64,000 bases of DNA from a virus: positions 22,660-86,659 of IMG/VR virus record IMGVR_UViG_3300029880_000008. One strand, 5' to 3'. The notes under the pieces are model-generated. The model worked only from the letters and a program-made list of their open reading frames with translations, had not been told where the DNA came from and searched no databases. The position numbers were made by a program, and so were the translations under genes. Positions 54,371 through 62,476 of the stretch are shown here, piece after piece. Numbering within the stretch: position 1 is the first letter of the stretch; every line of letters begins with the position of its first letter.

Positions 54371-54799
54371 ATGAAAAAGGTATTCGAAGACATTATAGCT
54401 AGCAATGATATGCAGGCTATCAAGAACTGTGTTACGATCATGGCAGATTGTTGCGAAGTTGGAATGAATGACAGCGTAATGCTTGATATGATGAAGCAGG
54501 TTAAGGGAGAGATTGGCGCGTGTCATTATGACGAAGAAATGGCAGATATGCATCTTTGTCTCATAGGCCAGCTTCACACTAAAGATGTAGCCAAGGACTA
54601 TTGGCATGAGGTTAAGAACGACAACATCAATCTCGAAGACTGGTGCGTTCTCTGGGGAGAAATGGTAAAGCGTAACGACGCAAAGATAAAGAAATGGTTC
54701 CCGAAGATCAACACGTACAACTACGAGCAAAAGATTTTCGATGAATGTATTTCCTTCATCGAAAGTGGCAGACTTCCATATTACGACTTGAATGTATAA
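54371..54799 (+). CDS. hypothetical protein (142 aa)
   Basis: ORF track. Confidence 0.6.
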   Translation: MKKVFEDIIASNDMQAIKNCVTIMADCCEVGMNDSVMLDMMKQVKGEIGACHYDEEMADMHLCLIGQLHTKDVAKDYWHEVKNDNINLEDWCVLWGEMVKRNDAKIKKWFPKINTYNYEQKIFDECISFIESGRLPYYDLNV

Positions 54800-54839
54800 A
54801 GTTTTTCGTTATTCTGAATGAAGTTTCGGTTTTTTTTGC

Positions 54840-54847
54840 TATATTTG
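54840..54847 (+). promoter_or_regulatory. possible -7 box (TATATTTG, context GCTATATTTGCA) for the lysis cassette
   Basis: It lies within the loop of the 10-bp inverted repeat AAGTTTCGGT (54821-54830) / ACCGAAACTT (54857-54866). Confidence 0.4.
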
Positions 54848-54880
54848 CATCAAGAGACCGAAACTTTATTTTTATTTATT

Positions 54881-54894
54881 ATTCAGGATAACAG
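54881..54894 (+). promoter_or_regulatory. ATTCAGGATAACAG late-gene motif
   Basis: It lies 4 nt upstream of ATG 54898. Confidence 0.45.
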
Positions 54895-54897
54895 ATT

Positions 54898-55413
54898 ATG
54901 ATAGATTTATTAGATTCATCACAGATTCGGCAGATAGTGGTTACAATTTCCTCTGCTATACTTGCCTTTGCAACGCCAACTGAAGGTTTCGTGCTGGCGC
55001 TAGTAATTGCTTTCGGCTTCAACATCTTTTGTGGTATGAGGGCTGATGGAGTTAGTGTTGTACGATGCAAAAACTTTTCGGCATCAAAGTTTGTAAACGC
55101 CATACTTGAAATCTCGCTCTATCTTACCATTGACTATGTGATATATGGTATCATGATAGGCTGTAATGACGGAAATGAGGCTTTGTTTGTAATAAAAATG
55201 CTTACATACATTTTCTGCTATGTGTATCTATGCAACGCGTTCAAAAACCTCATCAAGGCATACCCTAAGAATGTTGCATTCAGAGTTATTTACTACATTT
55301 TGAGATTCGAGTTTGCAAAGGCATTGCCTAGTTATTGGAAACCGATATTGGAGAGATTGAATCAGGAGTTTGATAAAAAAGAGGAGGAAAACAAAAATGG
55401 AAGTACTAATTGA
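54898..55413 (+). CDS. holin-like membrane protein (putative)
   Basis: 171 aa with about 4 TM segments and a charged C-terminus. It sits directly upstream of the putative lysin. Confidence 0.45.
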   Translation: MIDLLDSSQIRQIVVTISSAILAFATPTEGFVLALVIAFGFNIFCGMRADGVSVVRCKNFSASKFVNAILEISLYLTIDYVIYGIMIGCNDGNEALFVIKMLTYIFCYVYLCNAFKNLIKAYPKNVAFRVIYYILRFEFAKALPSYWKPILERLNQEFDKKEEENKNGSTN

Positions 55414-55831
55414 TAGAGCTTGGAGAAAGGATGGATATACTATTAGCCGTCTGTACGTGAATGGAAATTTGTTCGGATGCAATACTCTTGAAGATACAGA
55501 CAGAGGATTGAATCAAAAAATGGATTTGAACGAAATCAAAAACAAAAAGGTATATGGGCAGACTGCAATACCAATCGGCAGCTATGAATGCGTATATACC
55601 TACTCTAACAGATTCAAGAAAATGCTTCCATTATTGAAGGATGTGCCAGGGTTCGATGGTATCCGTATTCATTCCGGTAACTCTGCAAAAGACACAGAGG
55701 GGTGTATCCTTATCGGTAAAAACGATAAGAAAGGATGGGTTAGCGATTCTCGATTATGGACTAGCAAGCTCATTCAGACTATGAAGACAGCTTGGGATAA
55801 AAAGGAAAAAGTAACGATTGTAATTCAGTAG
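55397..55831 (+). CDS. DUF5675-like protein, possible L,D-peptidase-type endolysin (YkuD-like H..G...GC motif)
   Basis: ORF-track 55370..55831 trimmed to the ATG after GAGGAGGAAAACAAAA. The motif GFDGIRIHSGNSAKDTEGCILIG resembles the YkuD catalytic His/Cys arrangement. It lies between the holin-like and spanin-like genes. Confidence 0.45.
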   Translation: MEVLIDRAWRKDGYTISRLYVNGNLFGCNTLEDTDRGLNQKMDLNEIKNKKVYGQTAIPIGSYECVYTYSNRFKKMLPLLKDVPGFDGIRIHSGNSAKDTEGCILIGKNDKKGWVSDSRLWTSKLIQTMKTAWDKKEKVTIVIQ

Positions 55832-55834
55832 CTT

Positions 55835-56431
55835 ATGAAACTGATTGATAAGATAACAAGGGTTGTAATTGCCATTGCAGTAGCAATGCTGATTCTATCA
55901 ATGTTCTGTAGATGTAAGGCGAAAGAACGTGTGATAGAAAAACAGTCATACATCACAGATAAACGTAACGAGGCTAAGTGGGATTCACTCTTCAACGCAA
56001 GGCTTGTAAAGGAGCTGGAATCATACAGAGCATCGCACAAGGAATCCATGAAGTCAACTACGAAAGAGAAGACACATATCAAGGATAGTACAGCTTCGAA
56101 GTATGACGCGAACGGCAACAAGGTTGGTGAGGATAAATTTCACTACGAATATCACGAAATATCGCAAGAGGACGTGCAGATACTAAGAGACAGTATTTCG
56201 AGCCTCAAGGAATACAAGGATAGTACGGCGATATATCATAGCAAGTGTGATTCATTAATCTCAACGATAAGCGAAATATCGAAAGATAAAGTATATGTAG
56301 AGAAGCAACTATCAAAGACAGATAAAGCTTTCTTGAATATAGGTAAGATATCTTCAGTTTGTCTTTTCATAGGCATTCTCGCATTTTTAGGTTGGATATA
56401 CTGGAAATTAAAGCTACACAAACGTTCTTAG
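55835..56431 (+). CDS. spanin-like membrane coiled-coil protein (putative)
   Basis: 198 aa. Features: an N-terminal TM/lipobox-like segment (AMLILSMFCRC), a central coiled coil, and a C-terminal TM segment (VCLFIGILAFLGWIYW). Confidence 0.4.
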   Translation: MKLIDKITRVVIAIAVAMLILSMFCRCKAKERVIEKQSYITDKRNEAKWDSLFNARLVKELESYRASHKESMKSTTKEKTHIKDSTASKYDANGNKVGEDKFHYEYHEISQEDVQILRDSISSLKEYKDSTAIYHSKCDSLISTISEISKDKVYVEKQLSKTDKAFLNIGKISSVCLFIGILAFLGWIYWKLKLHKRS

Positions 56432-56469
56432 TTTTTTTCTAATGTTTTTATTTGGTTATTAATTGATTT

Positions 56470-56512
56470 ACAAACAAAAAGGGGTGACCGCACGCGATGT
56501 GTAGCCACCCCT
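56470..56512 (-). terminator. intrinsic terminator of gene 56537..57166
   Basis: In minus sense: AGGGGTG-19 nt-CACCCCT followed by TTTTGTTTGT. An orphan TAATAACCAAATAAAAAC leader-like sequence follows, with no gene after it. Confidence 0.6.
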
Positions 56513-56536
56513 AAACATATAGATAATGCACAGAAA

Positions 56537-57166
56537 TTATTCTTCAGCTCCCTGGAGGAACTTGATACCATACTTCGTCTCGTAGTGTTTCTGCTGCTCT
56601 TCTGTCAACATTTTGGTTTCGCTGTCGTAGAACACGGTAAGCAGCTCTCCGTAATCTTTGTCGTAGAAGTAGTTGTATTTATTGCAGAGATAGTTCCTTG
56701 CACAGAGACATCTGCTCGGAATGGTCTTGAACTTGCGTCGTGTCTTCTGTTTTATTCCATTCGTTGCTCTGTACCTGTCAAGCCTCAGCGTCTTTTTTAG
56801 AGATTCAGAACGTTTAGCTATTATCTCCGGTCTTATTATTGCCTGTGCACATTTCAACCGAAGTCTTTCTTCCGTTTCCTGGGTATGAGTAACGCCAAGC
56901 GACTTTGCTATGCTTGTTACACATGACTTTGTTATCCCAAGCTCTTTGGAAATTTCGGAAGAAGAGTAATCCGGATACAGCTTACGGACAGATTCCCTAA
57001 TCTTCTCTCTTTGCTCTTTTCTTGCGTCCTTGAACGAATCCCCATGCAGCCTATGTAGCCACCAGTAAACAGTCTGTACTGCGCAACCGAAGCTCTTGGC
57101 CATTGCGTAAGGAGATTCGTAAGGGTGTTCCTTTATATATGTTTTCTGTTCATCTGTGATATTCAT
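56537..57166 (-). CDS. DNA-binding protein with two HTH-like segments (putative regulator)
   Basis: 209 aa. Two segments resemble HTH motifs: SPYAMAKSFGCAVQTVYWWLHR and SSSEISKELGITKSCVTSIAKSLG. Confidence 0.55.
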   Translation of the reverse strand: MNITDEQKTYIKEHPYESPYAMAKSFGCAVQTVYWWLHRLHGDSFKDARKEQREKIRESVRKLYPDYSSSEISKELGITKSCVTSIAKSLGVTHTQETEERLRLKCAQAIIRPEIIAKRSESLKKTLRLDRYRATNGIKQKTRRKFKTIPSRCLCARNYLCNKYNYFYDKDYGELLTVFYDSETKMLTEEQQKHYETKYGIKFLQGAEE

Positions 57167-57202
57167 GTATTTTCACAAACTTTTTTTATAAGCATAAGCT
57201 AT

Positions 57203-57574
57203 CTATCTAAAATCACCACTACCATCAATCTTGCCTCTCTCCTTTCGGGAAGCAAGCTTATCAAGATTTTCCTGGCAGATAGAATTTGCATTCCATCCAA
57301 ATACCGAACAGATTCCGTTCAGTTGCCAAAAGCAATCTCCGAGCTCGGCACGAATTGCCTTGATCTCCTCCTCCGTTACATCCTCGTGAACCACCAGCTT
57401 ACTATTCTCGATATGAGCCTTTCCTTTTCGGATAAGTTTACCAATCTTCGAAGTAAACTCTCCAAGTTCACCCATAAGATTAAGAGTCATGTAGCTAAAG
57501 TTCTCACAACTAGGCATACAAGTAGTCATTGCAGCCTTCTGATACTCATTAAGTGTCAATTCTTTATTTTCCAT
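57203..57574 (-). CDS. mazG: MazG-like nucleoside triphosphate pyrophosphohydrolase
   Basis: 123 aa. Motifs LNEYQKAAMTT...LMGELGEFTSKIGKLIRKG...ELGDCFWQL...NLDKLASRKERGKIDGSGD match the canonical phage MazG signature (EhGE..., ELGD.LW, KL..R...G). Confidence 0.85.
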   Translation of the reverse strand: MENKELTLNEYQKAAMTTCMPSCENFSYMTLNLMGELGEFTSKIGKLIRKGKAHIENSKLVVHEDVTEEEIKAIRAELGDCFWQLNGICSVFGWNANSICQENLDKLASRKERGKIDGSGDFR

Positions 57575-57589
57575 TTAAATATTTAAAGT

Positions 57590-57955
57590 TTAAAATTCAT
57601 GTTTCTTGCAAACCTTATCACAAGATGTTTCGCAATCTTTTTTGTAGCACCATCCATTGCCTAAGATGTCTTCGCATCCCATCCAAAGGCAGTTACCACA
57701 ACATCTTTCTTCTTTTTCCATATTACTATGTTTTATCACTTCCAAATACTTCAATTTTGCGAATCGGTATGAGTGATATATGTCACAAAGATTTTTCACT
57801 TTTGAAGTGAAGCACAGAATGCAGCCTGTATAATCATCAAATCCTAAGATAATATACTTTTCCTCTACATAACCTGCTACGTGTGCCCCGATGTCCTTAC
57901 CTTTATAAAGAACTCGCTCACCCATATGAGCATTGAAAAATTCCTCGTTTGTCAT
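57590..57955 (-). CDS. hypothetical protein with Cys-rich C-terminus (121 aa)
   Basis: ORF track. Contains CCGNCLWMGCED...CYKKDCETSCDKVC. Confidence 0.55.
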   Translation of the reverse strand: MTNEEFFNAHMGERVLYKGKDIGAHVAGYVEEKYIILGFDDYTGCILCFTSKVKNLCDIYHSYRFAKLKYLEVIKHSNMEKEERCCGNCLWMGCEDILGNGWCYKKDCETSCDKVCKKHEF

Positions 57956-57958
57956 ACG

Positions 57959-58351
57959 CTACTTGAATTTAATGATAAAAAACTCGGTATCAAGCCACTT
58001 GTCTGGGCATAAGCCTTTCTTTGGCTTGCCGATGGTGATACTCTCAATCTCCTTCTCAATTCGTGGACTATCTTTGCGGTAGCCGTTGATAAAGAGAACG
58101 TGGGTGTATGGTTTGTATTCCAGCTCGCCTATCACGCGACAATAACCGCCAAACTCATCGAAAAGCACCTCACCGCTTTCGGCTTGTTGGTTCACCAGTC
58201 GGGAAGCCCAATATGGCTTTATTTCCCGATACTCCTCATTCTTTTCGCCCGACACTATCATATCGAACCATTCCTTGCTGACTGCGAGGGTAAGAACCTT
58301 CTTCTTTGCTTCTGATAAATACTTATCCATTACTTTAGTTAATCTTTCCAT
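57959..58351 (-). CDS. ASCH domain protein (putative)
   Basis: 130 aa. VSKEWFDMIVSGEKNEEYREIKPYW...HVLFINGYRKDSP fits the ASCH beta-barrel signature as I recall it. Confidence 0.55.
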   Translation of the reverse strand: MERLTKVMDKYLSEAKKKVLTLAVSKEWFDMIVSGEKNEEYREIKPYWASRLVNQQAESGEVLFDEFGGYCRVIGELEYKPYTHVLFINGYRKDSPRIEKEIESITIGKPKKGLCPDKWLDTEFFIIKFK

Positions 58352-58359
58352 AAGCTAAC

Positions 58360-58671
58360 TTATTTTCTCTCTGTTGCTACTACAAAGAAATCGTCACCAA
58401 TGTCTTTTCTTCTGTTCAACTCTTCGCAAAGAACAGATGTATCAGCAAGATTGATATGCTGAATTACATACTTCTCCTTATCTGTGAAGGTAAGAAGAGT
58501 TTCGTCGGGGTTATTTACTTCCATTATATTCTCTGCACTTTCCGAAAGAAATTTGATTTCTCCATGGATAAAGTCATACACATTTTTATCGATAACTTTC
58601 TGTCTTGTCAGAGTTTCGACTGCTGTTTGAATCTTTAAGATTGATTTTTGCATTTCTTGTTTCATAATCAT
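58360..58671 (-). CDS. hypothetical protein (103 aa)
   Basis: ORF track. Confidence 0.55.
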   Translation of the reverse strand: MIMKQEMQKSILKIQTAVETLTRQKVIDKNVYDFIHGEIKFLSESAENIMEVNNPDETLLTFTDKEKYVIQHINLADTSVLCEELNRRKDIGDDFFVVATERK

Positions 58672-58976
58672 ATTTTTTTTAGTTTATTTGAACTACCTAA
58701 TATATCTCCAATCTCGAAAGGAGTTTTGCCTGCCAACCTAGTAAGGCAATTCATTAGCTTGCGGGAATATCTTGCAGCAATCTTTTCTGCCTTTACAATA
58801 CGATGGTCGAACTTGTTGCGGTATTTACACTTGCTCGAATCTTCACAGAACGTAACACACCCATACTCGTTATAAGCTTCCTTAAACTTCGCTTTCCAGT
58901 AAGGTGAAGGATGCTTACTTGGATAATCAGCATAAGTGTCTGCTTTCATTATCTTCTTTGCCAACCTAATCTTCAT
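58668..58976 (-). CDS. hypothetical basic protein (102 aa)
   Basis: ORF track. It overlaps the downstream start by 4 nt. Confidence 0.55.
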   Translation of the reverse strand: MKIRLAKKIMKADTYADYPSKHPSPYWKAKFKEAYNEYGCVTFCEDSSKCKYRNKFDHRIVKAEKIAARYSRKLMNCLTRLAGKTPFEIGDILGSSNKLKKI

Positions 58977-58979
58977 AAT

Positions 58980-59147
58980 CTATAATTGTTTTAACTTATT
59001 GAATATTTTGACGAAGCGGCGCATGTAATCAAAGTTTTCATTTTCGCTATGCTCACACACCATTCTATTGTATAGCCAACGTAGATGCTCCGCATCCTCG
59101 TGGAACTCTTTAATATCTTGTTCGTCTAAGATTATTTGTTTCTTCAT
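58980..59147 (-). CDS. small hypothetical protein (55 aa)
   Basis: Hand translation: MKKQIILDEQDIKEFHEDAEHLRWLYNRMVCEHSENENFDYMRRFVKIFNKLKQL. Confidence 0.4.
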   Translation of the reverse strand: MKKQIILDEQDIKEFHEDAEHLRWLYNRMVCEHSENENFDYMRRFVKIFNKLKQL

Positions 59148-59156
59148 ATGCTACAA

Positions 59157-59357
59157 TTATTTAAGTTCTACTGGTTCATCGCTCCAAGACAATTCTCTTC
59201 CGATGAGCTTCTTGATACTTCCATGAGGTATAAGAACACAACCACCGATACCAGAATATGTAGGATTCCAATATCCATATTCTCCACGTCCACTTCTGTA
59301 TGGTTTCTTTTCAAAAAGAAATTCCTTACCATTTCCATTAGTTGCTACCCATGCCAT
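59157..59357 (-). CDS. hypothetical protein (66 aa)
   Basis: ORF track. SD GTGGAGGGATAGTTATG lies upstream. Confidence 0.55.
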   Translation of the reverse strand: MAWVATNGNGKEFLFEKKPYRSGRGEYGYWNPTYSGIGGCVLIPHGSIKKLIGRELSWSDEPVELK

Positions 59358-59359
59358 AA

Positions 59360-59776
59360 CTATCCCTCCACTTTTACGCCGAATGGAGTGCCATCTGCAA
59401 ATTTTATTTTAAACAAATCAGTAGCAGTGACAAATCCAATCACACCATTATTTCTATCACCAATAACAAGCCCTTCATTATCTATAAGTATGATTAAGCT
59501 GTTAACCTCACCAATTTGGGATTTCACCCACCCAAACGGCTGATGTTTTAGCATTTCTGCCCAGCACTCTTTTGCATCCTTGAATGGACGGCACTTTGGT
59601 TCTTGCTTAACACGGTATTCTATATCATCCCAGTACCCTATTTCATTTATTTCCGTCCAATCATTCGGAACACTTGTGCCTTTTACGGCACTTGGTTTTG
59701 TCCTACACTCAATTGCCTTTCCGTCAGCAAAAGCTTGCAAGAAAGGATAAAATTCTTTAGCTTCTTCTCTTGTCAT
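59360..59776 (-). CDS. hypothetical protein (138 aa)
   Basis: ORF-track 59360..59782 (TTG) trimmed to the ATG after TTGGAGGATTGAGT. Confidence 0.55.
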   Translation of the reverse strand: MTREEAKEFYPFLQAFADGKAIECRTKPSAVKGTSVPNDWTEINEIGYWDDIEYRVKQEPKCRPFKDAKECWAEMLKHQPFGWVKSQIGEVNSLIILIDNEGLVIGDRNNGVIGFVTATDLFKIKFADGTPFGVKVEG

Positions 59777-59778
59777 AC

Positions 59779-59946
59779 TCAATCCTCCAATTTTATATTA
59801 TGTTCATCTGCGAAATAATCTTCTACCTCTTCGCAAAACTGACCTTCGCAAAGTGATTCTGGGAGTGCTCTGCTAGTATAATACTCTCGGTGGCATAACT
59901 CACAGATTTCTTTTTCGTAATTATTTCTTAACTCTTCTCTAGTCAT
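59779..59946 (-). CDS. small Cys-containing protein (55 aa)
   Basis: Hand translation: MTREELRNNYEKEICELCHREYYTSRALPESLCEGQFCEEVEDYFADEHNIKLED. SD AAAGGAGGGTGAATAATG lies upstream. Confidence 0.45.
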   Translation of the reverse strand: MTREELRNNYEKEICELCHREYYTSRALPESLCEGQFCEEVEDYFADEHNIKLED

Positions 59947-60101
59947 TATTCACCCTCCTTTCTGACTAAATAGTCATACATTGGCTTGCGGTTTCTACGA
60001 TATTTATTACATATCTTTTCTGCCTCTTCCTCTGTATCGCAAGTTGCAACAACACCATCGGGATATGTGTCCCAATATCTAACTACCTTAAATTTTGTCA
60101 T
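59946..60101 (-). CDS. small hypothetical protein (51 aa)
   Basis: Hand translation: MTKFKVVRYWDTYPDGVVATCDTEEEAEKICNKYRRNRKPMYDYLVRKEGE. It shows ATGA/TAATG overlaps with both neighbours. Confidence 0.4.
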   Translation of the reverse strand: MTKFKVVRYWDTYPDGVVATCDTEEEAEKICNKYRRNRKPMYDYLVRKEGE

Positions 60102-60436
60102 ACTTCTAATTCTTTTAAAATCTTTTTTACCAAGTGATAATTATCACCATCCCAGCCTTCATCATACTCTTTGCCATCAGAAGATACGTGATGCTCGTTG
60201 ACGTAATCAAGGATAGCTTCGTGAAAGAAATCGTCACTTGTTCCGTATTCATCTTCATCGTAAAAGCCTTCGTATCTTAGGAGTTCGACGCATTCCTTGT
60301 GTATACAGATTGCTGACCTATACTCTGGAGTAAACTGGCGAATATATTTCTGCCCTGCTTCTATTGTACAACCACACATATAGCATCTGTGAGGTTTACG
60401 TGCCTTACGCTCTGTATCTATACTATCCATAATCAT
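60098..60436 (-). CDS. zinc-finger-like protein (112 aa)
   Basis: ORF track. Contains HRCYMCGCTIEAG...CIHKEC. Confidence 0.55.
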   Translation of the reverse strand: MIMDSIDTERKARKPHRCYMCGCTIEAGQKYIRQFTPEYRSAICIHKECVELLRYEGFYDEDEYGTSDDFFHEAILDYVNEHHVSSDGKEYDEGWDGDNYHLVKKILKELEV

Positions 60437-60801
60437 TTATCTTTTGGGTCAACGAATGGTAGCCAGTACTCTACATCAGGAATATTCCATCCGTTGTAGT
60501 CTTTGGCTATCTTTTTATCTACTATATGTCCGAAACTAATTCTTCCGATTGTAGTAAGGACAATAACTTCTTTATCTACTGGTGGTAGCTCATCCTTGAC
60601 AGATACCCATACTGGAGAAACATTTTTAGGCTTGCGGTCTTGTAGAGTAGCAGTATAGTTAAAGGTAAAAAAATCTACAGGATATTTTTGCCAATGGTTT
60701 TCTTCTATTGCCTTATTGATTGCTTCTCTTTTTGAGTTTGCTTCAACCATAACATATTTTGAATTAGATGTTTTGAAATAATCAACTCTATATATTGTCA
60801 T
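60433..60801 (-). CDS. hypothetical protein with DUF551-like C-terminal half (tentative)
   Basis: 122 aa. SD GTTGGAGGACTAAGCAATG lies upstream. VWVSVKDELPPVDKEVIVL...VEYWLPF resembles DUF551. Confidence 0.5.
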   Translation of the reverse strand: MTIYRVDYFKTSNSKYVMVEANSKREAINKAIEENHWQKYPVDFFTFNYTATLQDRKPKNVSPVWVSVKDELPPVDKEVIVLTTIGRISFGHIVDKKIAKDYNGWNIPDVEYWLPFVDPKDK

Positions 60802-60933
60802 TGCTTAGTCCTCCAACTCTTTAAGTGCTAAGACTAACTCATTTTGAATATGAATTGTAGTACCTTCACTTATTTTTTTCTTTTAGTTCCTAATATCTTA
60901 GAAACATTATTGATATGAATTATCGCTTTTTCT

Positions 60934-61068
60934 TTACTCATTGCTTATCCTCCTTTTTCTGTTTCTTTCTATATGCTTTAGTTGCGTAATACTTATATTG
61001 CCATATTGTTTATACACACCTTGGAGATATGCAATATAGCTAGCTAATGTTATTTTATCTGCATTCAT
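60934..61068 (-). CDS. possible small protein (44 aa)
   Basis: Hand translation: MNADKITLASYIAYLQGVYKQYGNISITQLKHIERNRKRRISNE. Its ATG overlaps the upstream TGA and is preceded by the duplicated 20-nt sequence GGTAAAAAGAAGAGAATATG. Confidence 0.3.
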   Translation of the reverse strand: MNADKITLASYIAYLQGVYKQYGNISITQLKHIERNRKRRISNE

Positions 61069-61496
61069 ATTCTCTTCTTTTTACCACCTGCGAATACTTG
61101 TGTCATGTTTATCGCAGATTTAATATCTTTGTACCTGACACCACAAACTGTTGCCACATCTTTAATTGCCTCATCCATTTTGAATTGCATTGCCAAAAAC
61201 TGATTGTTCTTTATCAAGTTGACGATTTCTTCTTTCGTATGAATGCCTTTCCAAAATAGTTCGGTATGTGAGCCTCCTCTTTCATCATCTACAGAGAACG
61301 GAACACCATAATTAGTATAAACCTCTCCGTGATGCTTGATGAGATGGCGACCAGGATTCTTTCGGATATTATCTATCCAAGTTTCATTATCGCATTCGCG
61401 CCATATCTCATACTCTGCCGAGGTCAGCACTTTGTCGATGCCGATAGGATAATGACCGGAACACCCATTTGTTCCAAAGTAAATAATCTCTGCCAT
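61065..61496 (-). CDS. hypothetical protein (143 aa)
   Basis: ORF track. Confidence 0.6.
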   Translation of the reverse strand: MAEIIYFGTNGCSGHYPIGIDKVLTSAEYEIWRECDNETWIDNIRKNPGRHLIKHHGEVYTNYGVPFSVDDERGGSHTELFWKGIHTKEEIVNLIKNNQFLAMQFKMDEAIKDVATVCGVRYKDIKSAINMTQVFAGGKKKRI

Positions 61497-61511
61497 ATTC
61501 TCTTCTTTTTA

Positions 61512-61537
61512 CCCTCTCCTTGTCGACAAGGAGAGGG
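61512..61537 (-). other. perfect 26-bp palindrome/hairpin between two genes
   Basis: CCCTCTCCTTG-TCGA-CAAGGAGAGGG, read directly. Confidence 0.6.
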
Positions 61538-61544
61538 CGGTTAG

Positions 61545-62033
61545 TTACTCAGTTACAACCTCCCAATCTTCCGCAAATACATCAGATACGGAAGGAACCC
61601 AAGAATCTGCTCTTCCATCTGGATTGATGATAAGCATCTGATTAGTATAGTCAATGTGAGGATTCTCACGGTTCATCAAGATGATCTTGGCAGACTGAGG
61701 GAGTGACTGCATATTAGGAATGATGTCACCTGTGATATGAGAAGGAACCTGCTTAACGATAAACAATCCCTTGCCATTCCATCCCTTGCGTCTTACCGCA
61801 AGACCTGCCTTCAATAAGTCAATAGCACCACCGAAGTTAACAGAGCCTACTTCACGATAGGCTTCCTCAAACACACTCTTAGGAGACCAAGACTTATATC
61901 CGTCCTTGTAGTCTACTAAGTAGCCATCTTCCTCAACGGTTGCTGGCTTAATTTCTCTACCAAGCACTATCTGTGCTTCTGTCATAGTCATAGGCTCTGC
62001 CATAATGACCTTTGTACCAATAAACTTTTTCAT
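61545..62033 (-). CDS. DUF2829-domain protein (Tad2-like candidate)
   Basis: ORF-track 61545..62057 trimmed to the ATG (MKKFIGTK). The C-terminal half FGGAIDLLKAGLAVRRKGWNGKGLFIV...SWVPSVSDVFAEDWEVV matches the DUF2829 signature (A...lk.G..v.R.gWnGkg....W.ps..D.lA.DW). Confidence 0.7.
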   Translation of the reverse strand: MKKFIGTKVIMAEPMTMTEAQIVLGREIKPATVEEDGYLVDYKDGYKSWSPKSVFEEAYREVGSVNFGGAIDLLKAGLAVRRKGWNGKGLFIVKQVPSHITGDIIPNMQSLPQSAKIILMNRENPHIDYTNQMLIINPDGRADSWVPSVSDVFAEDWEVVTE

Positions 62034-62075
62034 AATTACTTTATATTTATATCCCATTAGGGATGGTTAGTTTTA

Positions 62076-62291
62076 CTAAAGCTCATCAAACTCTTTCTGA
62101 AATCTCTGTTTTGTTTCATTCAGAAGCTGCTTGAATTTAGTATCAAATTCCATATCAAGCAGTGATAATTTCCGAATAGCATCTGCAAGTTCACCACTGC
62201 TTACTTTTGGAGACATACTTAAGAGTACATCTACTTTAGGAATTAAACTCTTTGCTAAGATATTTCCTCTTTCTAATTTTTCTGTATTCAT
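62076..62291 (-). CDS. hypothetical protein (71 aa)
   Basis: ORF track. Confidence 0.5.
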   Translation of the reverse strand: MNTEKLERGNILAKSLIPKVDVLLSMSPKVSSGELADAIRKLSLLDMEFDTKFKQLLNETKQRFQKEFDEL

Positions 62292-62323
62292 ATTACTATC
62301 TATTTATATCCTTTGCAGGATGG

Positions 62324-62476
62324 TTAATAAATCACAACACAATCATCAAATACTGATATACTATCAACATTCATGGGGTTCCCATTCTCTTGTGTACCAT
62401 GAGAATATGGGAAGTTGACTTCCATAGTCTTATCCTCTACCTTTGATAATTCGTTAATTAATTCTTCTACTGTCAT
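62324..62476 (-). CDS. small acidic protein (50 aa)
   Basis: Hand translation: MTVEELINELSKVEDKTMEVNFPYSHGTQENGNPMNVDSISVFDDCVVIY. Confidence 0.4.
   Translation of the reverse strand: MTVEELINELSKVEDKTMEVNFPYSHGTQENGNPMNVDSISVFDDCVVIY

Noticed and set aside
53903-54730. 275-aa minus-strand ORF
   Set aside because: It is antisense to two well-formed plus-strand genes (53846..54352 and 54371..54799) and has no leader or SD.
60802-60941. A7 run as a second programmed frameshift
   Set aside because: An ATG at 60941 gives only 23 codons before a stop at the A7 run (60873-60879). A shift there would extend it to 45 aa, ending at the next gene's SD. The ORFs are too small and there is no supporting context. 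It could equally be non-coding or a sequencing-length error.
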